Below, in pieces: positions 52,439 through 64,000 of a stretch of DNA of 64,000 nt; the stretch's first letter is position 1, and each line of letters starts with the position of its first letter. Location: NCBI RefSeq assembly GCF_006345805.1, contig NW_021832986.1, positions 1 to 64,000 of the forward strand, read 5' to 3'. The stretch comes from Octopus sinensis (taxonomy: Eukaryota). Below the pieces are notes generated by a model, which was not told the DNA's origin, did no database searches, and saw only the letters and a program-made list of their open reading frames with translations. The translations under genes and the position numbers were made by a program.

Positions 52439-52959
52439 GAATAATAAAAATAAATTAATAGAAAATTTATTATTTTAAAAAGTAAGAATATATTTTATAA
52501 AGTATGAAAATAAAAAGCTACACTATTTTAGATATCAATAAGCCGAGTTATAAATCAAAAATGTTTTATTGCAACAGATCTAGCTAGATAAAGCAAAAAA
52601 ATTGGTAAGAAAACGTCAAATAGAAAAAAATAGATACAAAAATAATTTTTACAAATAAATATATACTAAATAGGTAAACTCTAATAAAAATCAGGCTTTA
52701 TATCTGGTGATAAATTCATATTTTTATTTGAAAATATACGATAATAATCTTCATTCAAGAAATTTCGAAAGTTATGAATTCCTAATGTTCTGTTTAATAA
52801 ACTGTTTATTTTGACATTAGATTTGGGGAAAAATATTCTTTTATTTTATTTAAGTTATGTAGTTCATAAGATTTTTTTTGACCTTGTAGATGTCAATTAT
52901 TAATGATTGAAATGAAATAAATTAATTTAGAGAATAACTAGACAATGCAGTTATTTTGA

Positions 52960-53165
52960 ACTGCCGGCGCATAAGATGGCCTGGCAGTTCCCTCGGACGA
53001 TCGCCAACGAGACTCTTTGGAAAAGATGACGAGTCTCGTTGGGATCCTTGTTTCGTCTGGCAATCTTCGACCCCAGCCGACGAAGGAAAGAAAGCGATTC
53101 TGGGCCGATGACCCCGGATGTCTCCACGGCTACTGGCGCAAAAATGTGGTTTCTGGCCAGGTACG
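52960..53165 (+). pseudogene. RTE RT C-terminal fragment
   Basis: RRIRWP and RTIANETLWKR in adjacent frames. Confidence 0.55.
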
Positions 53166-53369
53166 AGTATATAAGATTATTTTATAGAAATTTGAAATTC
53201 TAATATTACTACAAATATTATCTCTGTTTTAAATTTTGTTGTACTATAGTTAATAGCTAGATTTTTTAATTGCTTTGGTTAGTAGTTGTAAAAAAATTTT
53301 AACAACTTTCAAATAGACTCAATAGCTTTACTTTCTTTATCTAAATAAATATAAATTTAATCACCAAAT

Positions 53370-55105
53370 TTTGAGAATTTTGACTGCAATAATAAAATTT
53401 CTAGTTTGATAGTATGTATAAAATTATATTAAAAATGGAACTGTAAAATATATCACAATTATCAAGAATTTTTATAACACAACATCTTTAATAGAACTAT
53501 TCAAAAGTCTAATTGGTTTTCTTTTGTCAGGATTCAAACTAAGATTAACTATCACACATTTTTTTAATTCTTCAATTGACTATAATTTAATAACAAAAAT
53601 TATTCATAATTTTACCTTAAAAGGGAGATCATTAAAATGAAATTTGGAAAACGCTGAATCCCACAATCTAGAACACTTGTTTGGAAAATTTGTTCTGGAG
53701 GTAGGAAGTACACATTGTCCTAAAATATGGATTTTAACTCTAGTAAACATACTTTTACTTATAGCAGATACAATAAGCTCCCATGTTATTAAACTTATAG
53801 AATAAACATCAGCTGGAAGTGTTTCAATACTTGACGAATTTAGAAACCATTTTTTATTAAGTATTTCGGGTGCTACGTATCTTTTTTCTTCAACAAATGA
53901 AATATTTGGTCTTATATTCCCTGGAATTACTGCAAACTCAAAATCGCACAAACAGTATGAATTGTCTTCAAGTTTCCGAATTGATTTTCGACCTAATAAA
54001 TAAAATTTAGATAAAAAATGCTAACCGATATTACAGTGCGTAATTCGATAACCTGCAAGATATTCTATTGCCTGTGAAATATTTTCGATTATTTTTAACG
54101 ATTCCGAAAATGATAATATTTTTTTATTCATCATCTCTTCCAGTGATGTGCTCTTATTACTCGAAAATATTGAATACATGTGTACTTCATTTTTATTTAT
54201 TTCCGAAAAACTGCTCACGTGCCCTATTTTATTATGTATCTATTTTAATAAAAAACTGAATATATTTGGATGAATAAGTCCAAATTCATCAAAAAAAAGT
54301 TTTTCATTTTTCCAAAAATGGTATTTTTGTATTTTATATTTTTTAATAAAAAGTTTCTGATTTCCTGATAATTCAATTTTATCAAAGTTTTTTCCATATT
54401 CCCATTTTTTGTGATTATTTAAATTAAAATATTTCTTAATTATAGTTCAAGTTAAATTTTTTACATTGCCCGAACTGTTGTCGACAATTAGCATGTCATC
54501 TTTTAACCTTTTGATTATCTTTTTTGAGTAGGCCCTAAATAATTGTAGTCAATATTCTTACTTTTTACGACGTATAATTTCAACGAATATTATAATAAAG
54601 ACAAATATCAATAAAAACAAAATTGAAATAAGATTTGATTTTATTGTATTGTCTATTTATAAATATATATTGATTATAAACCGATTGGAAGAGAATATGT
54701 GGTATCAAAATTCTTATTGCAGAAATTAAAATTGTTGCAGCATCTTAATAAATAATCGTTTTTTGAATTATTAGACGCGCCGAAAAAACACTAGGTTAAA
54801 TTATTTAAAGTCATAAATAACTGCTTGATTGGCTGTTCCACCTTTTGAAAAGCAGCCATAGTACAATGTTTTTTCCATCCTGGAGTCAGAAGAAAAAAAA
54901 GATTCAACAAAACAAAATTCAGTGTCACTTCCACCACACATATTAATTTTAGGCCCACATATATTGCAATGGCAGTAGATTTTATCAACTAATTTCTAAA
55001 TGTTAATAAAAATTTCTCTGAAATCAACTGAGCTAAGAATTTGTGCATGATAACTCATTTCTATAACATCAATAAATATAAATTATTTCTATTTATTGTA
55101 TTCAT
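53370..55105 (-). CDS. TGF-beta-family receptor (type I-like ectodomain), divergent kinase domain
   Basis: Ectodomain YCHCNIC...C...FCF...KTLYYGCF...CCNNFNFCN; TM ILFLLIFVFIIIFV; kinase WKNEK...LIHPNIF, KRYVAPEIL, ADVYSISLITWEL, LPFK-SIEELKKCV. Both ends are approximate. Confidence 0.82.
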
Positions 55106-56301
55106 GGATTTTTGTATTTAGCGGGAACGCTTCCCTAATACTATCTACCGGAATTTATAACTACTTTTCTCTCTAATTATTAAATTTTCATTAGTATTTT
55201 TTAATATAAAATTTAACCACTTTTACTTAAACTAGCGGCGCCCAGTAATCATCACCAAATTTTATTTAGTGCGTCTATATAATTAAAAAAAATCGTCTTA
55301 ATGATAAATATTTATTTCCGTTTAAACTTTAAGTAATGAAACACAAAATCCTTGATATTCAAATTATTAAAAGAGCTACATGTTTGTCAATGTTTTTTTG
55401 GAATCCATACTAGAATGAATTTTTCCTGATACTGCAATTAAAGATCATTTACCTGTCAACTATAAAGGTCACCCTGGTCGCCAGCGTAGTTAGCAACATA
55501 GTATTTAGTACAGATGATGAACGTGAAATATTCATTGAATCGATACTGATGCTCGACGAATTTATAGATTTGGAATTATTTGACAACTGAATACTTTTTG
55601 ATTTAGAAGACATCTCAAAGTTGAATTTATTTGAAGATTTTCTAAAATAAAAGCTAGAAAAGTCAAAAGTGAATTCTTTGTTAATGTTTCGTAGAGAAAT
55701 GCAACGATTTTTATAGAAAATTCAATTGATCAGTCATTAATAAAATTGACGAAACTAACATGTTTTACAAAAATTCTTTTGAACACGTTTTCTGATTATA
55801 ACTCAACTTGTGGTGAATCATTGGATTATTTAAAATTATTTTTTTCTTGTCATTTAATGAATTCATATGAACTGATCGTTTTATGTCTACTTTGATCAAT
55901 TCTATAGTTAATTTATAAGTTATTAGTACCATTATATATTTCTGCTTTATCTGATTTATAATTGAAAAGATTTTCTATATTTTTTCCGAAAAGTATTTCT
56001 GAGTTTTTAATCATAAAATTAAAATTAAATGTTAAGATACAATTTTGCAGGATTTTAGCAAAATATTTTTAGATGTATACTTATTGGGAATCCATAACGA
56101 ATCAGAATGCAAACTGATAAATTCAGAGTCCATTTTGTTTATTTTAGAATTTGGTTCAATTTTCTTAGAAGACATATAATATGTTCAAACATGATATGAT
56201 GCGCACATAGCAAGCGACTAAGTACTTTGAATCATTTATTTAGGCATTCTTTTACTTTTTAAATATTTCAATTTTACAGTCTGTTTTATTTGAAAGTATT
56301 A

Positions 56302-56457
56302 TGTCGCATGCACAACGCGCACTACGCCCCGAGCGCACATTATCGATTAGTCATACTGTAATTTTTATAAATTTTTTCGAAATTATTGAATATAATGACA
56401 CAAATGGCACTTTAAAAATATTATAATATATTTGTAGGGCGCGTTGTGCATGTGACA
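56302..56457. mobile_element. 156-bp Ginger-like MITE
   Basis: TIRs TGTC(G/A)CATGCACAACGCGC; TSD TATTA at 56297-56301 and 56458-56462. Confidence 0.85.
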
Positions 56458-56732
56458 TATTACATTCCTATATTTTGAATAAAAAATTAGTTACAAGTAC
56501 ACATTGCAAAAGCGATCGTAAATATTGCTAATTATAAGTTAATTTTATAACTTTAAAAACAAAACAGACAAAGAGTATATCATATTCTTCAAAAAAATCT
56601 TTGTTGTTAAAAAGGTTTGGACAAGTACTTTTTGGTCTGCTATGGAAGCCAATTTACAAAAAAATCCCCTCTTTATTTGGTCCGCGTTCATACAAATTAG
56701 GCATTAATTTCTTGAATAATATCCGATAATTT

Positions 56733-57100
56733 ATGACCTTCCCATTCCGAAATGGCAATTGCCTGATCTGGGACGCCACGTGTGCAGACACGTGGTCCCC
56801 ATCCGCTCTACTGTCATCTGCTTCTTCTTCCGGCTCGGTCGCGGCCGTGGCGGAAGCCCGCAAAGTAGAAAAGTACAAGAATCTTGCCACTCGGCATTCC
56901 TTCGTGCCTGTGGCTTTTGAGACATCAGGCGCTTCCGGTCCGCTGACCTCATGCTTCGTAAAAGACCTCGGTATCCTCATCGCTCGGAAGAAGATGGATG
57001 CTTGCGAGTCCTCTTGGTTGAGGCAGAGGATCTCGCTCGCAATCGTGCGCGGGAACGCGCAAGCAATCCGTTCGGCTGGGTTAATTTAGTTAACTGACAA
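56733..57100 (+). mobile_element. CRE-type 3' fragment, near-identical to 4250-4609
   Basis: About 9 substitutions over roughly 350 nt by manual comparison. Confidence 0.88.
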
Positions 57101-57449
57101 TTGTTTTGTTTCTGTGATTTACAGAGTTTAAACAATTTATGATATATAGATTTTTGAGAGAAGCGTATCAAGTTTTATTATAGAATTGAGTGGAATTCTA
57201 AAACAGAAATATTCTATTTTCTGAGTATCTATGCTTGTATGCACGATTAAAAAGTTTAGAATTTCTTTTTAGGTAAGTGAAATTAAACCTAATTATGTTC
57301 ATAGAGTTAATTTTTATAAGCATAAATAGAGCGGCAAATGTCAATAAATATAAAATTTTACCGAGATTGACAATTTATTATTGAGAACAAAATTTATTAA
57401 TTATGTAAGAGACCCTTTATTAAAAAAACGAATTAACTAAGTAATTTTT

Positions 57450-58414
57450 CTAAGTCTTTTGCTCCGTCGACATCCACAAAGCCTTCGACTCTGTCTCGAG
57501 GAAGCTTCTCTCAAGGAAGATATTCCAATCCGAATTTCATCTGAAACTAAAATATGGATCACCAACTTCCTAAGTGGACGAAGGGGAAGGGTGTGCCTCG
57601 GTGGTCTGAAGTCCAAATCTCGTCTTCTACCCAACGGAGTACCTCAGGGGTCCCCCTTATCCCCGGCCCTTTTCAACCTATTTTTAGAAGATCTCCCTCC
57701 CTCGACAACAATGACATTGTTCTCTCATAAGCGGACGACATCGTATTAGCCTCACGGGACCGGGACATCTAGAAGGCCTCTGAAAGTCTCCAAGCTAACT
57801 TGGATCGGTTGAACCTATGGCTGACGGACAATCGGCTCGTGGTAAATGCGGCAAAGTCCGCCACGTCCCTCTTCACTTCCGACAAAAGATTGGGAAGAAC
57901 TTCAGTCGACTTAAAGCTGAATAATATGTCCGTACCCTTCTACAGGAGTCAGACGGTCCTAGGGGTAACCCTCGACATGCACCTCTGTTTCTCCCCGCAC
58001 GCACACAACTTCCTTCGCAAATGCGAAAAAATGAGCATCCTCCGAACTCTATCTGGTATATGGAAAAACGGGCCGCACCCGGTACTGGCAAATATCTACC
58101 GCCAGTACTTCGAACCATCTATCGCCTACGCCTGCGGATCATGGGGTTCGCAGTTATCGTGGTCCAACAGGAGACGAATCGAGGAGACACAACAAAGGAC
58201 CCTCAGATTAACTGATTGTTGGTCGCATGATAGCGAACGCCCCGGTCCAGCTTCTCTGGAAGACCCTATCAAGCTGAATCTCGGTTCGTCAGCAAATGCC
58301 CCGTCAAAAACGGCCTGCCGTCCGGTGCGATCTTTAACAAATAAAAATATTCAAAGGGCTGGATCGGCGAGCATCAAACGAGACACTCTCCAGAGTCCTT
58401 TTAAGAACAATTGA
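57450..58414 (+). pseudogene. Jockey/I-group RT fragment
   Basis: DIHKAFDSV, GVPQGSPLSPALFNLF, *ADDIVL, NAAKS, LGVTLD; several disablements. Confidence 0.85.
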
Positions 58415-58961
58415 CTGTATATAGGTCTTTCGAGACTTATTTACACCCAGCTGTTTTAAGTATTCCGCCACTTTATCTAACAATCAAAAATACCAGCCAC
58501 TGTCAAAGGCCTTGCAGAGGCCCAAGCAAACTGCTGTTAAGAAACTAAATTATCTAATTAGGAGATCAGATTGTCAGTGATTTTCCTTCTTCGTTTGAAG
58601 AAGATTTTACCACTAACTTCCATTCATTTTTTATTCATCTTTCAAGGTTTTTGCTCAGGTGAGTGTCCTCGCGGTATGCCGGTTCAACAAATTGATTTGT
58701 GGGAAATTTCGATAAGGAATTCGGAAAAAATAAATTTTCCATACCTATATTGGTTGTCACTGGTAGCATTTTTGAAGATTTATTAAATTTTGTATGCATA
58801 CTAATATTGATAAATTATTAGTACGGTCCGTATTAAATAGCACTTCAGGCCATAGTTTGGCCATTTCCTTTTTAAATAATATTATATTGTTTTAATTATT
58901 TTAGATTTAATTACATTTATTAATTTATTTTAAATAAAAATCATAGCATTAATTTCTTTTA

Positions 58962-59800
58962 ATGCTTGACATACTTATTTTCATAGTCTTATTTTATTTT
59001 TTCACCGCGAAGTCAAATTGTCGTTTTTTTAATAACGAAATGTGATGCCTAATTAATTTATTATATATTCTAGTTCTAACTGTTTTTACAATGAAACCGT
59101 CACAAATAAAAGGTTGCACGAAATTGTAATTAAAAATGGAGTCACATTTACAGAAAATCCACGATTTACGAATTTAATTTCTATTAATACATTGTAACCT
59201 TCGGAAATTATATTTAGTGAATGCAAAGGTAATTCTTTGCACAAACTAGTTGAAGATTCATTTGAAGGACTCGAATTTTTAGTGCTCATGTATATTGTTT
59301 TTATATTCTATTGATATCTCTATTTATGTAGTATGCTTCGTTACATCAATATCAATACTTTTTCTGATATTCCACTTGAATTCATGTTTTATTAAAATAA
59401 TTAATCAAATTTGTAGAGAAATGCCAAAAGGATCGACTTTTATTTCGTTCAATTTCAAGATAGATAAATTTATGTAAGATAAAATTATTGAAGATATCGT
59501 TTTAGAATTTCTATGTTATCTAATCAGCATCTCTGTCTTCTGGAAAATACTGCACAACCAATTACGTTTGTGTTTTTTATTATTTCGTTTCAGGTTCAAG
59601 CCTTCAGAAATGATACAAGTTGGATTAACAAAAAAAAATTTTCATATGTCTCACGGAACATTACAAATTATAGAATCTTATGGTAAAACTGTTTTTTTAA
59701 TAATAGTTTGCAATACTTGCCTACCCACACTAACTAATAACATACTTTGTCCTGCTCAACTAAATGTAAGTTTGACCAAATAATATTAAATTAACATTTC
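58962..59800 (+). CDS. Secreted/surface LRR-like protein with tiny introns and one in-frame TAA
   Basis: Signal-peptide-like MLDILIFIVLFYFFTAKSNC; EDSFEGLEFL and YININTFSDIPLEF resemble extracellular LRR units; paralogous to 14600-15530. TAA at about 59195 aligns to TAC in the paralog. Confidence 0.55.
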
Positions 59801-60289
59801 TCTTCGAATAATTTTAATTTAACCCTGTTCCGATTTTGTAAGTTGATGAACTTTGATTAATCAGTAGTAATTAAAAAAGCCGAAATCCAAATGAACTTTC
59901 TGTTACAAAGATCGAGAATCGAATTTTGGATTCCTGACCGAAGTGTGGCGGATTCTAGAGGGGTTTATTTTCTAATGAACAAATGAAATTTTTTTTAAAA
60001 TGAGTAATTTTAGTTTTTAATCTAGATTTTCTTAGTTTTTGACCAATATTTTCCAACATGTTTCAAAGTTTCCATTCTGTTCATGTCTGTCACATTCTGT
60101 TTAAAATAGTTTTAGATCATTGCAATGCGTTTAAAGTAACAAAATTTTTTGTGTTTTTATTGTTATTTATTATTCAACAACCTAAAAAACTGATTAATTG
60201 ATAGGAATTATCTTTTAATTATAAAGTTATAATTTATAGAAATTAATTATTAAATTATAATTTGTGGGAAATTCATTTTTATTCTTGTT

Positions 60290-60669
60290 ATGAACTCTAA
60301 GAAACGTCTTTTGACAAAAGCAGATGATTCTGATATAGAAGTTTGTTTGAAATAATTTAAATTTTAGGAAAGTTCAAGTGATAAGGAACAAAAAACAACT
60401 AAACAAGCTAATAAAAGACCTGACAACTCTTTCTCAGTAATAATTTTACATAATATGTTTAGCTATCAGCCAACCGCTTTGTTACAATAAACAATTTTAA
60501 AGGGAAAAAGCTTATTGACATTCGTGAATATTATGACGCTGAAGGAACATTAAAACCAGGACGAAAAGGTTCATTAATTATATTAAAAAAATTAGGGATC
60601 AGTTTATCTGTCGATCAATGGAAAACTCTTTGTACACATATTTCTGCCATTAACGATTCTCTGGAATGA
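60290..60669 (+). CDS. SUB1: PC4/Sub1 transcriptional coactivator
   Basis: [44 protein letters not shown]; introns of 27, 26 and 27 nt. Confidence 0.95.
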
Positions 60670-61560
60670 TTTCTTCAACGTTTTTGGTTTAATTTGGATT
60701 TTACATTAATTCTTGTTTTATTTGCCTTAGGTTATATATAGACTTATTAAATTTCTCTTTTACTACGTTAGAATCTTTAAACATCCATTTATAATTTTTT
60801 CCGTTTTTGCGATTTCTCACAAGGATTAATTTTTTATTACTTAACTTTGATTCACCAAACATTTCGATAAAAAATTAATGCTCGCAGTTCAGTTATGTCA
60901 TCATTTAATTTTTTACAGAATGCACCACTGGATTGCGCCAAGTAATTTTTTCATCAGAATGCTTGGTCGACTAAAATATCCGTCTGTAGGAGTCTTCATC
61001 TGGCATCTTCACTCAAAAAAATGTCTTGCTTTGCGTCATATATATATTCTAGAGTTCAAGATTCTTTGCATTTACTGTATTTTTTATTAAAGTATCAATA
61101 ATCTGGTTACAATTGATAGTCAATTTAAACGTAGCCTGCTCCAAAACGTTTTTTAATTTCAAATCTGACCTTGCATTATTTCCTAAGCTCTAAAGGTCGA
61201 AAAGTTCAACTTTTTAGAGGATTTCTTTTTTAAGTCATTAAAGATCCCCGAAAATTTTCTTGACTGTTACAAAAGGTTCTCCGACTTATTATCGATTAAA
61301 TTCGTTTTTAGTATAACAGTTCTAAAAACTGATTACAAAAAAGAAAAATTACAAATGGCTTCTGTATCGCGTTGTTTTAATACTCGTTTTAGTTGAAACT
61401 TCTTATTTGATAAGAGAAAAAATCAGTTTTTTGTCTCGAAAAAAGAAACAATTTGCAGAATTTCTCTTAGGTTTTCTGAATATTTAACTAATTAACTACT
61501 TGATCACTTATTAATTAACTAGATTAGTTTTTAAATATGAGTAAGAATTCAACAAAATTT

Positions 61561-62450
61561 TTAATCTCCAGGTCTTCTTTTGGAAATACTCTCCAACCTC
61601 CTCTCAGTCTCCTCCAAGTCACAAGATCTTCCAACGACTTCTATTTGGAGTTGGAGGTCTTTATTCCAAGATATTGAATTAAAATTAATGTCCTCGAGGT
61701 GTTTTCTTTTAAAGTTTCTTTCTTCAATCGTCAAATTGTTGATTTCAATCTGTTCACGGTCATCCTTCTCAATTGACTCATTTGTGTATTCAAATAGTAT
61801 ATTTTTCAAGGTTTTCCTTATCATACTACTGCGAATATATGCTTTTATCGTACCTGCAAATTGAGGGAGTGTTGACGGTCCCATGTATTGGAAAGGGCTC
61901 TCATGATGCCTACCCTTCTTCCGTGCTTCAATCGACATTTTAGCGCGAATCTGTCTTTGAATGGACCGAAAAAGGTTTTTTTACAGAAAATAGCATTCTT
62001 TTAATTTTAGGTGAATTGTTTTCTTCCACAAGCCACTAAGCAGATCCGAAGATGTCTGTATTGATGTCTTCTAGACAGTTAAAAAGTGTCGAATGCACCT
62101 ATTTTTCTTTAATCTTATAATTCGAGAAGCATCGAGTCTGTACTTGTTAGTAATAGATGCTAAGATTTCAGCCATATGCGTGTTGCCTTGCTTTCAGTGC
62201 CGCAGAATCTTATCTCTTATTAGGCCATAGTATTATTTCTTTTCCAGATCTTACATAAATTGAACAAGCATTTTCTCACGTTATGTGAGATGAATACTAG
62301 TCCTCTTCCAAGTTGACACATTGGCAAATGATCTTTATCTCTAGGGCTCAAATAAATTCTATCTTGTACAAAGATTTTTCGTATGTGATTATCAATTAGA
62401 TCGTATTCTGCCGGTTCTACATCGATTATCCAGTTTTAATATGTCATGAC
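61561..62450 (-). pseudogene. NeSL/R2-like retrotransposon remnant
   Basis: YDLIDNHIRK...LGRGL and IKAYIRSSMIRKTLKNI; same group as 17903-18620. Confidence 0.65.
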
Positions 62451-62521
62451 TCATGAGCTACGCTAGCGCAATGGATGACCTACATACTTGACAGGGTGAA
62501 TCGAATTAACATAGTCATGAC

Positions 62522-62681
62522 CGGAAAGAGACGAGTTGGCTCTTCCAGCAAATCTCGGTCGCGGTGCTCCGCGGAAACTGCCACTAGATACGCAGTGCGG
62601 CGACTTTGAGCTGACCTCCAGGCTCTTTATAAATTCGTGAATAGCTTATTCCCTGAATCATACCTAATAAATTAAAAAAAA
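62522..62681 (+). mobile_element. Short CRE-type insertion with a clean 14-bp TSD
   Basis: SWLFQQISVAVLRGN; A-tail; TSD AACATAGTCATGAC at 62508-62521 and 62682-62695. Confidence 0.85.
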
Positions 62682-62989
62682 AACATAGTCATGACAATTT
62701 AATCAATTTGATGAAAGTTAATCACTAACACTTAAAATTTAAACATTTTTTAATTCTATTGATAGTAAATATCGAAGTTTTATTTTAGAATTTATTCTAT
62801 ACCATCTTCAAATCAATTTGTCTATTATTAACTTCAGATTTACAATTACAAACTTTAAATGCCAGCCGCAAAACTCAAATTCACAGGTATGAATTTCAAA
62901 TCGCAACCGCAAAAATCAAATTTATATTTAAAAACTTCTTATTGCAATTGAAAATTTCGAATTTACAGTTTTGAAATTCAAGTTTGAAT

Positions 62990-63850
62990 TTTATCCAATC
63001 GTAAAAGTTTAATGTTTTCTTCCTGCTCCACAACCGATTCCAAATAATTGTAAACAGAAGCATTGTCAATTATATAAGTAGGATTTTGTACGCATGAAGA
63101 CCTGCATTAATTAATTCCTTCATCCATTTTTTACAATCTTCTCCTCTGTAAGAACCTCTTTTTCATTGAAAATTAAGCAATGTTGAAGCAGACATTGCAC
63201 TTATACGATGTAAGTTAGAGCCTCTCGAATTTGGAGTCATAACAAAAGAACGAGATGCTATTTTTGATCGTCCTTCTTTTCTCTTACAATATAAATTAAA
63301 ATTGGACTAATCGATCCAAATTAAAGTTCTTCCAGCAGACCTTGCTTAAACAAGCAATCCAAATAATGAATTTTTTTATTTTCAAGTGAATTTAAATTAG
63401 CTACTATTGGTCGACAGGTTTTGAGAGAAATTTATTTATTTATTAAATCAAATTAATTCTTTATCAAGCCAATTTTTTACTGATGTAAGAAACACAGACA
63501 TTGAATAATTATTTTGTATTTTCTCCGCACATTCTTTCAAAGTTATCTGAGGATCAGCTTCAATCCAACTGATTAATTCATTTATAATTATTTGATTTTT
63601 TTGGATGTCTTTTACCTACTCTTGGATGTCTTTCTTTATCTTTATTTTCAATCCAATGATAAGCTGTTCTCAAATTCACTCCAAGAGAAAAACATGGAGA
63701 CCTCCAATCGCCAAAATGTTCATGTGTTTCAATTATTATTTTTTTGTTTCACCACTGTATTTGCAATATCTTGTTTTTTAGTCACCTAAAACAATTTTCA
63801 ATGTATTTTGACGAAAAATTTGTTATATCCAACATTGACTTTCGTAATTA
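62990..63850 (-). pseudogene. IS630/Tc1-like transposase remnant
   Basis: LGVNLRTAYHW...ELISWIEADPQITLKECAEKIQ. Confidence 0.65.
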
Positions 63851-64000
63851 CAATTTGAAGTTTGTACTTGCAAATTTGATTTTTGAAGTTTGTAATAGAC
63901 AAATTGATTTGAAAATGGTATAAACGTTATGGCAATGACATTTAATCAGCGAGAGGCGCTGGACCTCCACCTTCTCGGGCACGCACTACAAGATAGAAAA

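Noticed and set aside
52960-53165. GC-rich island with a perfect 10-bp stem (AACGAGACTC/GAGTCTCGTT) as a structured RNA
   Set aside because: It translates to RTE RT C-terminal motifs; a single hairpin without further support.
55300-56200. Possible additional multi-exon genes (also 19200-19870, 50200-50760, 60750-61450)
   Set aside because: Exon-like segments are present, but I could not build a full frame or recognise a family.
20030-59200. Stop-codon reassignment or programmed frameshifting
   Set aside because: Conserved genes end in normal TAA/TGA and are otherwise open. The few breaks lie mostly in homopolymers or probable pseudogenes.

Overview
AT-rich eukaryotic (metazoan) DNA, with no prokaryotic features and no CRISPR. 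About ten host genes are embedded in a dense, nested field of transposons. The recognisable genes are SOSS-B/NABP, IWS1, ARP5, a Bro1/ALIX-family protein, a DNAJA-type chaperone, PC4/SUB1, a TGF-beta-family receptor and U2 snRNA, plus lineage-specific secreted proteins. Nearly all introns I could reconstruct are GT-AG and about 23-35 nt. Together with the TGF-beta receptor, this suggests a miniaturised parasitic animal such as a dicyemid mesozoan (inference; orthonectid or myxozoan not excluded). Mobile elements include Tc1/IS630, pogo, hAT, a Helitron, Ginger-type integrase transposons with their MITEs, RTE, Jockey/I-like and NeSL-like LINEs, a tRNA-SINE and about 13 fragments of CRE-type RLE retrotransposons. 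The best second-look items are: (1) a three-part retro-chimera of local DNA, a mature tRNA-Leu 3' half ending in CCA and a CRE 3' end; (2) Ginger transposons whose integrase carries host-sized 25-30 nt introns, with 5-bp TSDs that are TATTA in three independent insertions; (3) a DNAJA gene with no visible J-domain; (4) a type-I-like TGF-beta receptor with a degenerate kinase. All splice models and family assignments were made by eye. Some single-base frameshifts sit in homopolymers and may be assembly errors.
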